A stretch of 64,000 bases of DNA from the human T2T-CHM13v2.0 reference genome, Homo sapiens. The translations under genes were made by a program, and so were the position numbers. Below, piece after piece: positions 40,493 to 62,620 of this stretch. The DNA lies in assembly GCF_009914755.1 (NCBI RefSeq), contig NC_060933.1, one strand, 5' to 3'. The notes beneath the pieces were generated by a model. The model was not told where the DNA came from. It searched no databases and worked only from the letters and a program-made list of their open reading frames with translations. Each line of letters starts with the position of its first letter. Within the stretch, counting starts at the first letter, position 1.

Positions 40493-43400
40493 AAGGAAAT
40501 TAAAGAAGATATAAATGAATGGAAAAACATCCCACATTCATGAATCTGGAGACTTAATATTGTTAAGATGGTAACACTCCCCAACCTGATCTACATATTC
40601 AATACAATCTCTATTAAAATTTCACCTGGATTTTTTTTTTTTTTTTTTGGCAGAAATTGACAAGCTAATGTTAAAATCCATATGGGAATGTAAGAAAACC
40701 AGAATAGCCAAAACAAGGTTTTTTCAAAACCTTGAAAAAGAAGGACAAAGTTGGGAGACTCACGCTCCCTGATTTTAAAACTTACTACAAAGCTATTGTA
40801 ATCAAAACAGTGTGGTACTGGCATAAGGATAGACATTTAGGATAATGGAATTGAGAGTCCAGAAATAAGCCCTCAAATTTATAGTCAACTGATTTTATTA
40901 CAAAGGTGCCAAGCTAATTCAATGGGAAAAGATTGTTCCATTGAATTGTACTGGGGCAACTGGATATTCACATGCAAAAGAATGAAACTGGATCCCTACC
41001 TCATAAAATATACAAAAATTAACTCAAAATAGATCATTTATCTAAACTGAAGAGCTAAAACTATAAAACTCTTAGAAGTAACATAGGCATAAATCTTTTT
41101 GACCTTTGGTTAGGCAGTGGATTATGAGATATGACACCAAAAGGGAAGCAACAAAAGAAAAAACCGATAAGTTGGACTACATCAAAATTAAAAACTTTTA
41201 TACTTTAAGGAACACTTGTCAAAAAAGTAAAAAGACAACACATAGAATGGGAGAAAATGTTTGTAAATCATGTATTTAATAAGGGACTTCTATTCAGAAT
41301 GAAGAACGCTTACAACTCAGTAAGAAAAGAATAAGAATGCAATTTTAAAATGAAAAAAATTTGATTAGGCATTTCTACAAAGAAGATACACAAATGGCTG
41401 ACAAGCACTTGAAATGATGCTCAGCCTCATTATCCATCCAGGAAACACAAATCAAAACCACAAAGCGATACCAGCAACACACAATGGGATTACTGTCACC
41501 AAAAAGATAGACAATAACAAGCACTGGTGAGGATGTGGAGAAACTGTAACCCTCATACATGGGTGAGACTATAAAATCATGTGGCCACTTTGAAAAATAG
41601 TTTGACATTTCCTCACCTAGTTAAGCATAATTACTAAATGGCCCAGCAGTTCCACTCCTAGGCATATACCCAAGAGAACTGAAGACAAATGTCTACACAA
41701 AAACCTGTTCATGAATTTTCACTGCAGCATTATTCATAATAGCCAAAAAGTGGAAACAACACAATACCCATACTGATGTATGGATAAACAAAACATGACT
41801 GTTGGATCACATTGAAATATGATTTGGCAATTAAAAGTAAATGAATTACTGATACAGGTTACAAAGTAGATAAGCCTTAAGAACATTATGCTAAGTGAAA
41901 AAATCCAGTCACGAATGGCCACATATTACATGATTCCATTTATATGAAATGTCCAGAATGGTCAAATTCATAGAGACATAAACCGGATTAGTTGTCACCT
42001 AGGACTGGGAGGTCATGGAAATAGGAGCATGATGGCTTAATGGGTCCAGTGTTTCTTTTATGGGGGACATAAAATTTTGTGATCCACACCCAAGTTGGCT
42101 GGCAGCTGTTTGTGTTGAAACAAGCCCAGAGGCAATGAAGAGACAACTCATCTATATTGCTTCCGTCACTCAGTGATGGAAATTCACATAATAATGGAAT
42201 GCCACAATGAGAACAGGTCTGACATGGAAGACAAACTATTGATATAAACCCTCTTCTCCAGTGTGGCTATACAAGGGAATTTGTTCAACTGGTAATCACC
42301 TACGCCCACAGTCAGGCTGTGGGTATATAATGACAAGCAGAAATAGTTGCTATGGTTAAGAAAACATGGTCACTAGGATCAGAACTTGAAAAGGCTTAGT
42401 TGGATGACAGGGCTTGTGACATTAAAGCAAAATGACAACACCTGTCCTTGAGTAGTTATTGTACATTACCTAAAATGTATCCTGGGGATGAATGTGGGGC
42501 TTAGGCCCTAGGAGAATGGCTCTGGTCCTTCGGTAAAACAGTAGAGAGAGCTGGGGGAATCTGGCTGTGAAGGCAGTAAGTGGTCTGGCTCCAGAGGAGG
42601 GTCTGAGAACTGAGCATGGACCCTTCCTTCCCTCCTTGCTCCCCTCTCCTCTAAATCTCACCACTCCTCTTCGTTCTTTCTAGAGCATCCTCCCAGGGAA
42701 AGATCAGGTTGAGATAAGCAATCATCTAGGGCACAAAATTTAAGGGGACCGGACATGCATTCTTGGGTCTCTGCACAAACCCCGTGCACCTAGGAGAGCA
42801 TATGCTGCCCTTGTTCAACAGACATATCTGGAAAGGAGACCTACGTGGGCTCTAGAAGCTGCTCGATGCTGTGGGTTGGGGTGTTGGGGTTCTGGGGTAC
42901 CCAAAGATAGAGGGATGCAGGCATGGTGGGCATATCCCCTTAGCCCCCTAAAATTGTCACCTCAGTAGGTAGGACACAGCAGGAGCAGGCCTAAGTGTGC
43001 CCTTGAGCTTAGACTTCTGATGACTAAATTGGCTTGGCAGAAATACATGTGACTAAGAAATGCAAAAAGAGATGCTCTGCATTATAAGTAATTTGGGAAA
43101 TTGGAATTCAAACAACAACAATAACTTAGCTTAGATGGGTTTAAACAGGGGAGGGATGTGGTCAGAATGCTTTAGAAATGAAAGAATCTAGTCCTTAAAG
43201 TAGCACCCAACTTCCTGGGGAAATGATTCAGATTTTAGATTTTCTAAAATACTGAAATGACAAAATCACACCAACAAGATTGCCTCTCTTGGTACGTTAA
43301 AATAGCACAGAATATCAGAGTACTGAAAACCCAGCATCGCCATCTCTAGGTAATGAGGGGGAGGCGCCCTGAGAGCAGGAAATGACATCTTCATCTCTGG

Positions 43401-44091
43401 GGAGGCCACAGAGCACAGCAGAGCAGCTGGCTCATTGTTGTCTTCTGAATGAACAAAATCAGAATACCAGTTCACACACAGAATCGTAAAGCTCCCACAC
43501 AGGAGTGTAGAGGGTCCACATATAGAAACATTTGCTGTATAATTGAAGATTATTTGTGTCAGGGAGGCAGTGTGAAAAGAATAAGGGCCATACTGCCTCT
43601 TACAACTGGTGACTTCAACACATATGCTCTCTCCTGAAGGCTTAATAAAATGATAGGATAGTAGTTTGTTTGTTTAAAGGCAAGTCCTATAAACTGAAAA
43701 GGATAAAATGAATTGGAACTATTGTGGAGGAGTAACAAGAAAATTTGAGAAAATGGAAAAGAGATGCAGATGAGTGAGTGCATAGCACTTAACAGGAGAG
43801 AAAGCTGAAACCTTGTATCTCTTGGGGAGAAACCCAAAAGAAGTCAGTGGGTTCATACCTGGGAACATTTCAAGGCTCCTTCTGGGTTAAAGGCCCACCA
43901 TTTAGAAAGGTGGTGGTGTTCCTCAAGGCAGTGGGGTTGGCTCAGGGAAAGACTGCATGAGTAACAGCTGAGTTTCCACCCTTCACAATCATTCCACCTT
44001 GTCAGGATTCTGTAATTTGCTCCCTCAGCCAGAAGACATACAGGCACCAAGTATAGTTTAAGGAGGAAGGTGCATTTTGAAACCAGGTATG

Positions 44092-44390
44092 GGCCAGGCA
44101 CGGTAGCTCTCACGTGTAATCCCAGCACTTTCGGAGGCTGAGGCAGGTGGATTGCTTGAGGCCAGGAGCTCGAGACGAGCCGAGGCAACATGGCGAAACC
44201 CTGTCTCTACTAAAAATACAAAAATTAGCCGGGTGTGCTGGCGTGCACCAGTACTCAGGAGGCTGTGGTGGGAGGATTGCTTGAGCCCAGAAGGCAGAGG
44301 TTGCAGTGAACTGAGATCCTGCAACTGCATTCCAGCCTGGGTGACACAGCAAGATCATGTCTCAGAAAAAGAAAAGGAAAAAAAGAAAGA
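44092..44390 (+). mobile_element. Alu (AluJ-like), TSD gaaaccaggtatg/gaaaacagatatg
   Basis: Alu dimer with flanking duplication. Confidence 0.92.
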
Positions 44391-44599
44391 AAACAGATAT
44401 GTTAAGTAAAAGTCCATGTACTGAATCCTGAGCCCTCCAGCCCCATTCCCCTGCTGAGAATATGGCAGCCAGAGTTGAAATCAGAACATTCCTCAAAAAC
44501 AGACCTGCTCAGGAGAAAAAGCCTAACTAATAATTACAGGCATTTGAAGTCTCATAATAGGCCACCATCTAATCACCCACCCATAGCACAGAACTTCCT

Positions 44600-51640
<7,041 letters not shown>

Positions 51641-51642
51641 TA

Positions 51643-54376
51643 CAGTTGTCCCCTTTATCCATGGAGGGTATATTCCAAGACCTTCAGTGGACACCCAAAA
51701 CCATGGATAGTACCAAGCCCTATATATACTGGCATACCTCAGAGACATTATGAATTTGGTTCCAGGCCACTGTAATGAAGTAAAAATTTCAATAAAATGA
51801 GTCACACAAATTTTGGTTTCCTAGTACATACAAAAGTTAGGTTTATACTCTATTGTAGTCTATTAAGTGTGCAATAGCATTATATCTAAAAAAACACTGT
51901 ACGTACCTTACTTGAAAAATATTTTATTTTTTAAAAATGCTAATGATCATCTGAGCATACAGCAAGTTATAATCTTATAATCTTTTTGCTCACAGAGGAT
52001 CTTTCCTTATGTTGATGGCTGCTCAGGATGGTGGTTGCTAAAGGTTGAGGTGATTGTGAGCAATTTCTTAAGGCAGCAATGAAGTTTGCCGCATTGATTG
52101 ACTCTTCCTTTCATAAAAGACTTCGTGTCATGTGATGCTGTTTGATAGCATTTTACCTACAGTAGAATTTGAGTTAATCCTCTCAAATCCTGCCACTATT
52201 TTATCAACTAAACTTATATAATACTCTAAATCTTTTGTTGTCATTTCAAAAATGTTCACAGCATCTCCACAGGAGTAGTTTCCATCTCAAGAAATCACTT
52301 TCTTTGCTCATCCATAAGAAGGAACTCCTCATTTTTTCAAGTTTTATAATGAGATTGCAGCAATTCAGTTACATCTTCAGGCTCCACTTCTAATTCCAGT
52401 TCTCTTATACTCCTACCACATCTGTAATTACTTCCTCCACCAAAGTCCTGAACCTTCAAAGTCATCCATGAGAGTTGGAATCAACTTATGCCTAACACCT
52501 GTTAATAATTTGACTTCCTCTCAGGAATTACAAATGTTCTTCATGGTATCTAGAATGGTGAATCCTTCCCAGAAGGCTTTCAATTTACTTTGCCCAGATC
52601 AATCAGAGAAGTCACTATCTATGACAGCTATAGCCTTAAAAAATGCATTTTGTAAATAATAAGACTTGGAAGTCAAAATTACTCCTTGATCCATGGGCTT
52701 CAGAACAATGTTTTGTTAGCAACCATTTAAAAAAAAACACATTAATCTCCTTGTACATCTCCATCAGAGCGCTTAGGTGACCAGGTGCATTGTCAATGAG
52801 TAGTAATATTTTGAAAGGAATCTTTTTTGCTAAGCAGTAGGTCTCCACAGTAGGCTTAAAATATTCAGTAAATCATTCTGTCTACAGATGGGCTGTCATC
52901 CAGGCTTTGTTGTTCCATTTATAGAGCACAGGTAGAGTAGATTTTGTGCAATTCTTAAGGGCCCTAGGGTTTTAGAATGGTAAATTGGCATTAGTTCCAA
53001 CTTAATGTCTCCAGCTGCATTAACCCCTAACAAGAGAGTCAGCCTGTCCTTTGAAGCACTGAACCCAGGCATTGACTTCTCTCTTGCTATGAAAGTCCTG
53101 GATGTTGTCTTCTTCCAATAGAAGGCTGTTTCATCTATATTGAAAATCTGTGGTTTGGTGTAGCCACTTTCATCAATCATCTTAGCTAGATATTTTGGAT
53201 AACTTGCTGCAGCTTCTCCATCAGCACCTGCTGTTTCACCTTGCACTGTTATGTTACAGAGACGGCTTCTTTCCATAAACCTCATGAACCAACCTCTTCT
53301 CACTTCCAACTTTTATTGTGCAGCTTCCTTACCTCTCAGCTTTCATAGAATCGAAGAGAGTTAGGGCCTGGCTCTGGATTCAATTTTGGCCAAGGCAATG
53401 TTACAGCTGTTTGATCTTCTATCCAGACCACTAAAACTTTCTCCATATCAGCAATAAGTCTATTTCACTTTCTTATCATTTGTGTATTCACTAGAGTAGC
53501 ACTTCCAATTTCTTTGAAGAACTTTTCTTTTGCATTTACAACTTGGCTATTTGGTGCAAGAGGCCTAGCTTTTGGCTGTCTCAGCTTTTTACATGCCTTC
53601 CTCACTAAGCTTAATCATTTCTAGCTTTTGATTTAAAGTGAGAGATGTGTGACTCCTCTTTTCACTTGAACATTTTGAGACCATTGTAGGATTATTAATT
53701 GGCCTAATTTCAATACTACTGTGTTTCAGGTAATAGGGAGGCTTTAAGGAGAGGGAGATAGATGAGGATTGGCCAGTGGATGGAGCAGTCAGAACATATA
53801 TACACAATGTTTATTGACTGTCTTCTTACATGGGCATGTTTGTGGTGCCCCCAAATAATTACATTAGGAAGATAATAGATCTCTGACCACAGATCATCAT
53901 AATGGATATAATAATAGTGAAAAGGTTTGAAATATTGGGAGAATTATCAAAACTTTCCAGAGACATGAAGTGAGCATATGCTGTTGGAAAAATGAACCCA
54001 ATAGACTTGCTCAATGTAGTGTTACCACAAACCTTCAATTTGTTAAAAAAAAAAAAAGGCAATATATATAAATTGCAATAAAGTGAAGCAGCATAGAATG
54101 AGGTATGCTTGTGTTATGTTTTTTCATCTGATGACTGAAACAGCTACTAAGTGACTAGTAGGCAGAGAGCATATACAGCATGAATACACTGGATGAAGGG
54201 ATGATTCATGGCCCAGGTAGGATGGAGCTGGACAGTATGAGATTACATCATGCTACTCAGAATGGTGTGCAATTTAAAGTCGTTTCTTTCTGGAATTTTC
54301 CATTATTTTTGGACTGCAGTTGACTATGGGTAACTGAAACCAAGAAAGTGAGACCATGGAGAAGGGGAATTGCTGT
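51643..54376 (-). mobile_element. MER44A-like MITE split by Tigger1 (51643-51728 and 54112-54376)
   Basis: TIR-like ends cagttgtcccctttatccatgg / ccatggagaaggggaattgctg with TA flanks. Confidence 0.8.
51729..54111 (-). mobile_element. Full-length Tigger1 DNA transposon, transposase pseudogenised
   Basis: TIRs ctggcatacctc / gaggtatgcttg; 2.38 kb; minus-strand pieces [16 protein letters not shown] (HTH), [13 protein letters not shown] and [10 protein letters not shown] (pogo DDD). Confidence 0.93.
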
Positions 54377-55088
54377 ACAGAATTTTTAAAAATATTATGT
54401 ACCAGTGTTACTTTGATTAAAAATAAAAAAGTAAGCAGTTGAGGGAGCTTTAACTAGTCAATTGACATTTTGCCATCTCCTCTTCCTTATCTATAAAATA
54501 GGAATGCTATCTTATGGTATTTTTTAATTGCCAAATAAGCCAGTATGTAAAAGCACTTTATAAATGATAAAGCTAAATCCAAGAGACATAAAAATGTAAA
54601 CAGGAGAACCATGTTGCTGTTTTAGTTATACTGAAAACACAGATAGGCACTACTGAGTCCTAACCCAACACAAGTCATATGTAACACACACATACACACA
54701 CCACATTCACAGCTGAAAACTAGGATGTTTTGGTTCATTAAGAATTGTGGGTAAATAGCAGTAAGAATATTAACCATTTATGAATTACAGATTTTGAAGG
54801 AATTAGAAGTACCTACCACTGAAGCCATCCTGAGCATGATCTAGTCTCTTTTTAGAGTTTCAGTAGACACATCCAGGTCTCACCATCTCGCTCAGATCTC
54901 ACTGTCTCACAGAGTTGTTATTAGGAACATCAATGTGCCAAACATACCACGTTGGGCACTGGAGCCAGTTTATACACAGCTGAAAAACCCAGTTGACATC
55001 ACATTTGATACCAGGACCATCATCTAAAAAGGTCATTGATAATGTGGAAGATTCAGGGAGAAAAAAAAACACTTAAAGCAATGTACAG

Positions 55089-58000
55089 GCCAAAATAGCA
55101 GTGTAGAAGCAAGCTGCCTTCACTCCACCTGAGAGAACAAAAAATACAAAGCCAGCAATATCTTAGAACTCACATATGAGGAGGATATATTTCCTAGGGG
55201 CACAGAGAAATTTAAAAAACTGTGAGGAGGTGGTAAGATAACTGAACTTCCATATCCTTGATTCTGCTGTCTCCAATCTACCCGGCACCAAGTGCATGGA
55301 AAATTTCTGCCTGACTCAGGGTTTCTACACTGGAAAGAGTAAAATCAAGGTGGATAACTAGCCTCCCCACCTTCTTGGGTTCCCTGGCAGGAGACCTGTC
55401 CTTCCCTCAATCCATGGGAAGCATCATGAGCGCCTGAAAAGATAAATATCACTGAGGACAGCCAGAAACAAAGCAGGGAGGCAAGACTTCCATCCACCAC
55501 CATGGAAACTCTGCTCTGTAACTCAGCCAAAGCTGATGTTAAATCAGAGTGTTCAGCAGCATCACTCTGTAGGAGGTACATTCCACAGGTCCTCTGGGCA
55601 CAAACACCTAGTGAGCCTTCCCATACTACTAAGAATCCCATTTGGGACCTCACCCATTCAGATGGGCAGCACTCTGGTTTTTACTAGAATTGAGAAAAGC
55701 TTGGGCTCAAGGCACCCTCTAGTGCCAAAAAGGAGGCAGTGTTTTAGTGTGAGGAAAAATAAAATAAATAGTAAGTTACAAAGACTCTTTAAGCAAACAC
55801 ACCTAATTAAAAAAAAAAAAAAAAAAAAAAACAGAACAAGCCAGACAGAGAAGACTGGAATTAATAACTAATCCTTCAGTGCAAAGAAACAGACATACAT
55901 CACATGAAACAACAGCAAACAGGAAACCATGGCCTCCTGAAATTGACAAAGCAAGGAGTCTGCAACTGACCCTACTGAGATGGCAATATACAAACCGTCT
56001 GACCAAGAATTCAAAATGGCAGTTTTAAAGACACTCAGTGATCTCTAAGATAATAGAGAAGCAATTCAGAAGTTTATCAGATAAATTGAACACAGAGATT
56101 AAAATAATAAAGAATCAATCAAATCATGGAACTGAGCAATACATCTGCAGAACTGAAAGACTCATTAAAAGCTCTCAACAACAGAATGAATCAAGCAGAG
56201 GAAAGAATGAATGAGCCCAAAGACAGGCGGTGTGAAAATACACAGTTAGAGGGAAAAAAAAGAAAATAATGAAAAGAAATAAAGGTCACCTACAAGATAC
56301 AAAATTACCACAAAAGACAGAATCTAAGAATTATTGGTGTTCAAGAGGAAGTTGTGCAAGAGGAAGGGGTACAAAGCTTATTTAAAAAAATAACAGAAAA
56401 CTCCAAAACTTGAGAAAGAGATAAATATCAGAACAGGAAGATCAGTGAACACCAAACAGATTCAACCCAAGTAAGACGACCCCAAGGCATAAAATAATCA
56501 AACTTTCAAAAGCAAAGGACAAGTGTGTCCGGAATTGGTGGGTTCTTGGTTCCACTGACTTCAAGAATGAAGCCGCGGACCCTCGCGGTGAGTGTTACAG
56601 CTCTTAAGGTGGTGCACCTGGAGTCTGTCCCTTCTGATGTTCAGATGTGTTCGGAGTTTCTTCCTTCTGGTGGGTTTGTGGTCTCGCTGGCTCAGGAGTG
56701 AAGCTGCAGACCTTCGCGGTGAGTGTTACAGCTCTTAAGGCAGCGCGTCTGGAGTTGTTCATTTCTCCCGGTGGGCTCGTGGTCTTGCTGGGCTCAGGAC
56801 TGAAGCTGCAGATCTTCGTGGTGAGTGTTACAGCTCATAAAAGCAGCGTGGACCCAAAGAGTGAGCAGTAGCAAGATTTATTGCAAAGACTGAAAGAACA
56901 AAGCTTCCACAATGTGGAAGGGGACCGGAGCAGGTTGCCACTGGCAGCCTGTTTTTACTCTTATCTGGCCCCGCCCACATCCTGCTGATTGGTAGAGCCG
57001 AGCAGCCTGTTTTCTCAGGGCGCTGATTGGTGCGTTTACAATCCCTGAGCTAGATACAAAGGTTCTCCACGTCCCCACCAGAGCAGCTAGATACAGAGTG
57101 TCGATTGGTGCACTCACAAACCTTGAGCTAAACACAGGGTGCTGATTGGTGTATTTACAATCCCTGAGCTAGACATAAAGGTTCTCCACGTCCCCACCAG
57201 AGCAGCTAGATACAGAGTGTCAAATGGTGCATTCATAAACCTTGAGCTAAACACAGGGTGCTGATTGCTGTGTTTACAATCCCTGAGCTAGATATAAAGA
57301 CTCTCCACGTCCCTACCAGACTCAGGAGCCCAGCTGGCTTCACCTAGTGGATCCCACACTGGGGTTGCAGGTGGAGCTGCCTGCCTGTCCCGTGCCATGC
57401 GCTCGCACTCCTCAGCCCTTGGGCGGTGGATGGGACTGGGCACCATGGAGCAGGGGGCAGCATTCGTCGGGGAGGCTCAGGCTGCACAGGAACCCATGGA
57501 GGCAAGGGAAGGCTCAGGCATGGCGGGCTGCAGTCCCGAGGCCTGCCTCGCGGGAAGGCAGCTAAGGCCCGGCGAGAAATTGAACACAGCGCGGGTGGGC
57601 TGGCACTGCTGGGGGACCCAGTACACCCTCCGCAGCCGCTGGCCTGGGTGCTAAGCCCCTCACTGCCCGGGCCAGCAGGGCCGGCCGGCCGCTCCGAGTG
57701 TGGGGCCTGCCAAGCCCACGCCCACCCGGAACCCCAGCTGGCCTGCAAGCGCCTCACACAGCCCCGGTTCCTGCTCACGCCTCTCCCTCCACACCTCCCT
57801 GCAAGCTGAGGGAGCCAGCTCTGGCCTTGGCCAGCCCAGAAAGGGGCTCCCACAGTGCAGTGGTGGGCTGAAGGGCTCCTCAAGTGCCGCCGAAGTGGTA
57901 GCCCAGGCAGAGGAGGCGCCGAGAGCGAGCAAGGGCTGTGAGGACTGCCAGCACGCTGTCACGTCTCACAAGGAGAGAATCCTAAAAGCAGCAAGAGAAA

Positions 58001-59652
58001 AGAAGCAAATAAAATATAAAGGAGCCACATTTTTTCTGGCAACAGACTTCTCAATGGAAACCATACAGTCCAGGAGGAAGTGGAATGACATTTTCAAATT
58101 GTTGGAAAAATAAAACTCTGCCATCCAAGAATACTGTATCTATCAAAGCTATCTTTTAAATATGAAAGAAAGATAAAGTCTTTCAAACAAAAGCTGAGAG
58201 AATTCACCAGACTCATAAGAAATGCTAAAAGAAGTTCTTCAGTCAGAAATTTTAAAATGCTAACATGCAAAAAGGAAACATTTGAAGGTATAAAATCCAC
58301 TGATAAAATTAAGTACATGGACAAATGCAGAATAATACTGTAGTTGTGGTGTAAATTGACTAAGTTCTCCAATTAAAAGGCACAGAGTGGCTTAATGGAT
58401 AAAGAAACAAAACCCAACTATATGCTGCCTACAAAAACCTGCTTTACTTATAAAGACACACAGAGATGGAAAGTAAAGGAATGGGTAAAGAAATTCTATG
58501 CAAATGAAAACTGCAAAAGAGCAGGAGTAGCTATACTTGTATCAGATAAAATAGACTACAAATCAAAGACTGTAAAAAGAGACAAATAATTAATTACATA
58601 ATGATAAAGGGGTCAATTTGGCAAGAGGATATAACAATTATATAAATATCTATCCATCCAACATTGGAACTCCCAAGCATTTAAAGCAAACATTAATCAA
58701 TCTAAAGGGAGAGACAGATTGCAATACAATACTGGTAGCGTACTTCAACATCCCACTCTCAGTAATGGACAGATCATGCAGACAGAAAATCAACAAAGAA
58801 ACATGGGAGTTAAACTACACATTAGACCAAATAGGCCTAACTGACATTTACAGAACATTTCACCCAACTGCTGTAGAATACACATTCTTTTCATCAGCAA
58901 ATGGAACATTTTCCAGAATAAACCATGTCTTAGGCTATAAAACAACTCTCAACAAAAGAGTAAAAATCATATAAAGCATCTTTTCTGACCATGATGGAAT
59001 AAAACTAGGAACTGATAACAGGAAGAACCTCACAAAATCCACAAATATTTGGATATTAAACAATACGCTCCTGAATGACCAATGGGTCAATGAAGAAATT
59101 AAGAAGGAAATTTAAAAATTTCTTAAAACAAATGAAAATGGAAATACAACATACCAAAATCTATGTGATACAGCAAAAGCAGTACTAAGAAGCACATCTA
59201 TAGCAATAAATGACTATATTAAAAAACTAGAAAGACTTCGCATAAACAACCTAGTGATGCACCTCAAAGCAACAGAAAAGCCAAACCCAAAATTAGTAGA
59301 AAGAAAGAAATAATGGAGATCAGAATATAAATAAATAAATTTTATTTATAAAAATAAATACAATTTATTTATAAAAAATACAGGTCAGCATAATGAAAAG
59401 TTGATTTGTTTGAAAGATAAAATTGGCAAACCTTTAGCAAGATTAAGAAAAAAAGAGAGAGAGAAGATGCAAATAAATAAAATCTGAAACAAAAAAGGAG
59501 ACGTAACAACTGACATCCCGGAAATGCAAAGAATCATTAGAGACTATTACAAACAGCTACACTCCAACAAATTGGAAAACCTAGAAAAAAAGGATACATT
59601 CCTGGACACATCCAACCTACCAAGAATGAAATACGAAGAAATAGAAAACCCT
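55089..59652 (+). mobile_element. L1MA/L1PB-era LINE-1, 5'-intact and 3'-truncated (5' UTR, ORF1, ORF2 endonuclease), interrupted by LTR12C
   Basis: ORF1 (KERILKAAREKKQIKYKG) and EN (RAGVAILVSDKIDYK, LTDIYRTFHPT) remnants; flanks aaagcaatgtacag / aacgcaatgtatag. Confidence 0.88.
56524..57968 (-). mobile_element. Solo LTR12C (ERV9 LTR), 4-bp TSD caag
   Basis: Minus strand tgagacgtgacagcgtgctggcagtcctc...aattccggacaca; GC-rich U3, CCAAT repeats, repeated U5 unit; caag at 56520-56523 and 57969-57972. Confidence 0.95.
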
Positions 59653-59653
59653 A

Positions 59654-61504
<1,851 letters not shown>

Positions 61505-61760
61505 TTGGGAAACACTGCAGAAATGACTTCCAGAAACTCACAAAGCATGTTAGTGTATTAAGGGTACTGAAGTGTCCTGAGAAAAAAGACCAGTTTGACT
61601 TTGTTTAACACTGTATTTCTTATACATATTTGGCCATTTTATATTTAACATTTAGTTAAATCCCACATGAGGAATACATCTTGGGAAATTGTTTTAAAAG
61701 AGTTGGAAATTCATATCTACAAGGAAATATTGAGCTGTAAGTATTTAATTTTAAAGGTGA

Positions 61761-62138
<378 letters not shown>

Positions 62139-62374
62139 TGAATATTGGAAACTCTTGCATCATTTCAAGAGCAAACACGAAGAAATAGATCTCTAACTTA
62201 GATTAGACCAAAGGAAGAACTCTGTAAGATGCCAGGCTGCTACACAGCGAATGGGCTGCCTTAGAGGAGTTGTGGGGGAAAAAACCTCTTTTTCCAAAAA
62301 AAAAAGCCCTGAAATGTAGCTAGTTAGTAGCTAACTAGCTAATGATGAATTTTTCTCATCTACCTTAGTATAGA

Positions 62375-62620
62375 GTTGGTGCTGGGAGTTTCTTCTTGGC
62401 TAATTAGCCCTCTTAGCCATGGTAAGTTGGAGATAACATGTTGAAGATGGGCAGACGCACAAAAAAGAATGTCGCCTGGATCCCTGAGTGACCATTTGGT
62501 GGAAAGCTGCCAGACCAGGTACATGGACATTCTACGAATAAGAAATGAACTTCTCTTGTGTTGCAGCGCTGAGATGTATGGACTTTTGTGACAGCAATTA
62601 ATATTACCTTGACTATATAG
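62375..62620 (+). mobile_element. Old MaLR LTR fragment (MLT1J/K-like)
   Basis: cctggatccctgagtgacca...aagaaatgaacttctcttgtgtt...tgtgacagca. Confidence 0.55.

Larger units (their letters stand above)
39420..42078 (+). mobile_element. L1MB-type ORF2 3' half and 3' UTR, interrupted by MLT1A and AluJ
   Basis: ctggaggttctagccaggacaattaggcaa (RT region), aaaacagtgtggtactggcataagg, gattccatttatatgaaatgtccagaat. Confidence 0.85.

Noticed and set aside
52636-53807. Domesticated transposase (TIGD1-like)
   Set aside because: Fragments lie in different frames with stops; an ordinary decayed Tigger1.
56566-57320. Regularly spaced repeats resembling a CRISPR-like array
   Set aside because: Known internal tandem units of LTR12; the intervening sequences are also repeated, not unique spacers.
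57344-58113. GC-rich ORFs and apparent CpG island
   Set aside because: Intrinsic to the LTR12C U3 region.
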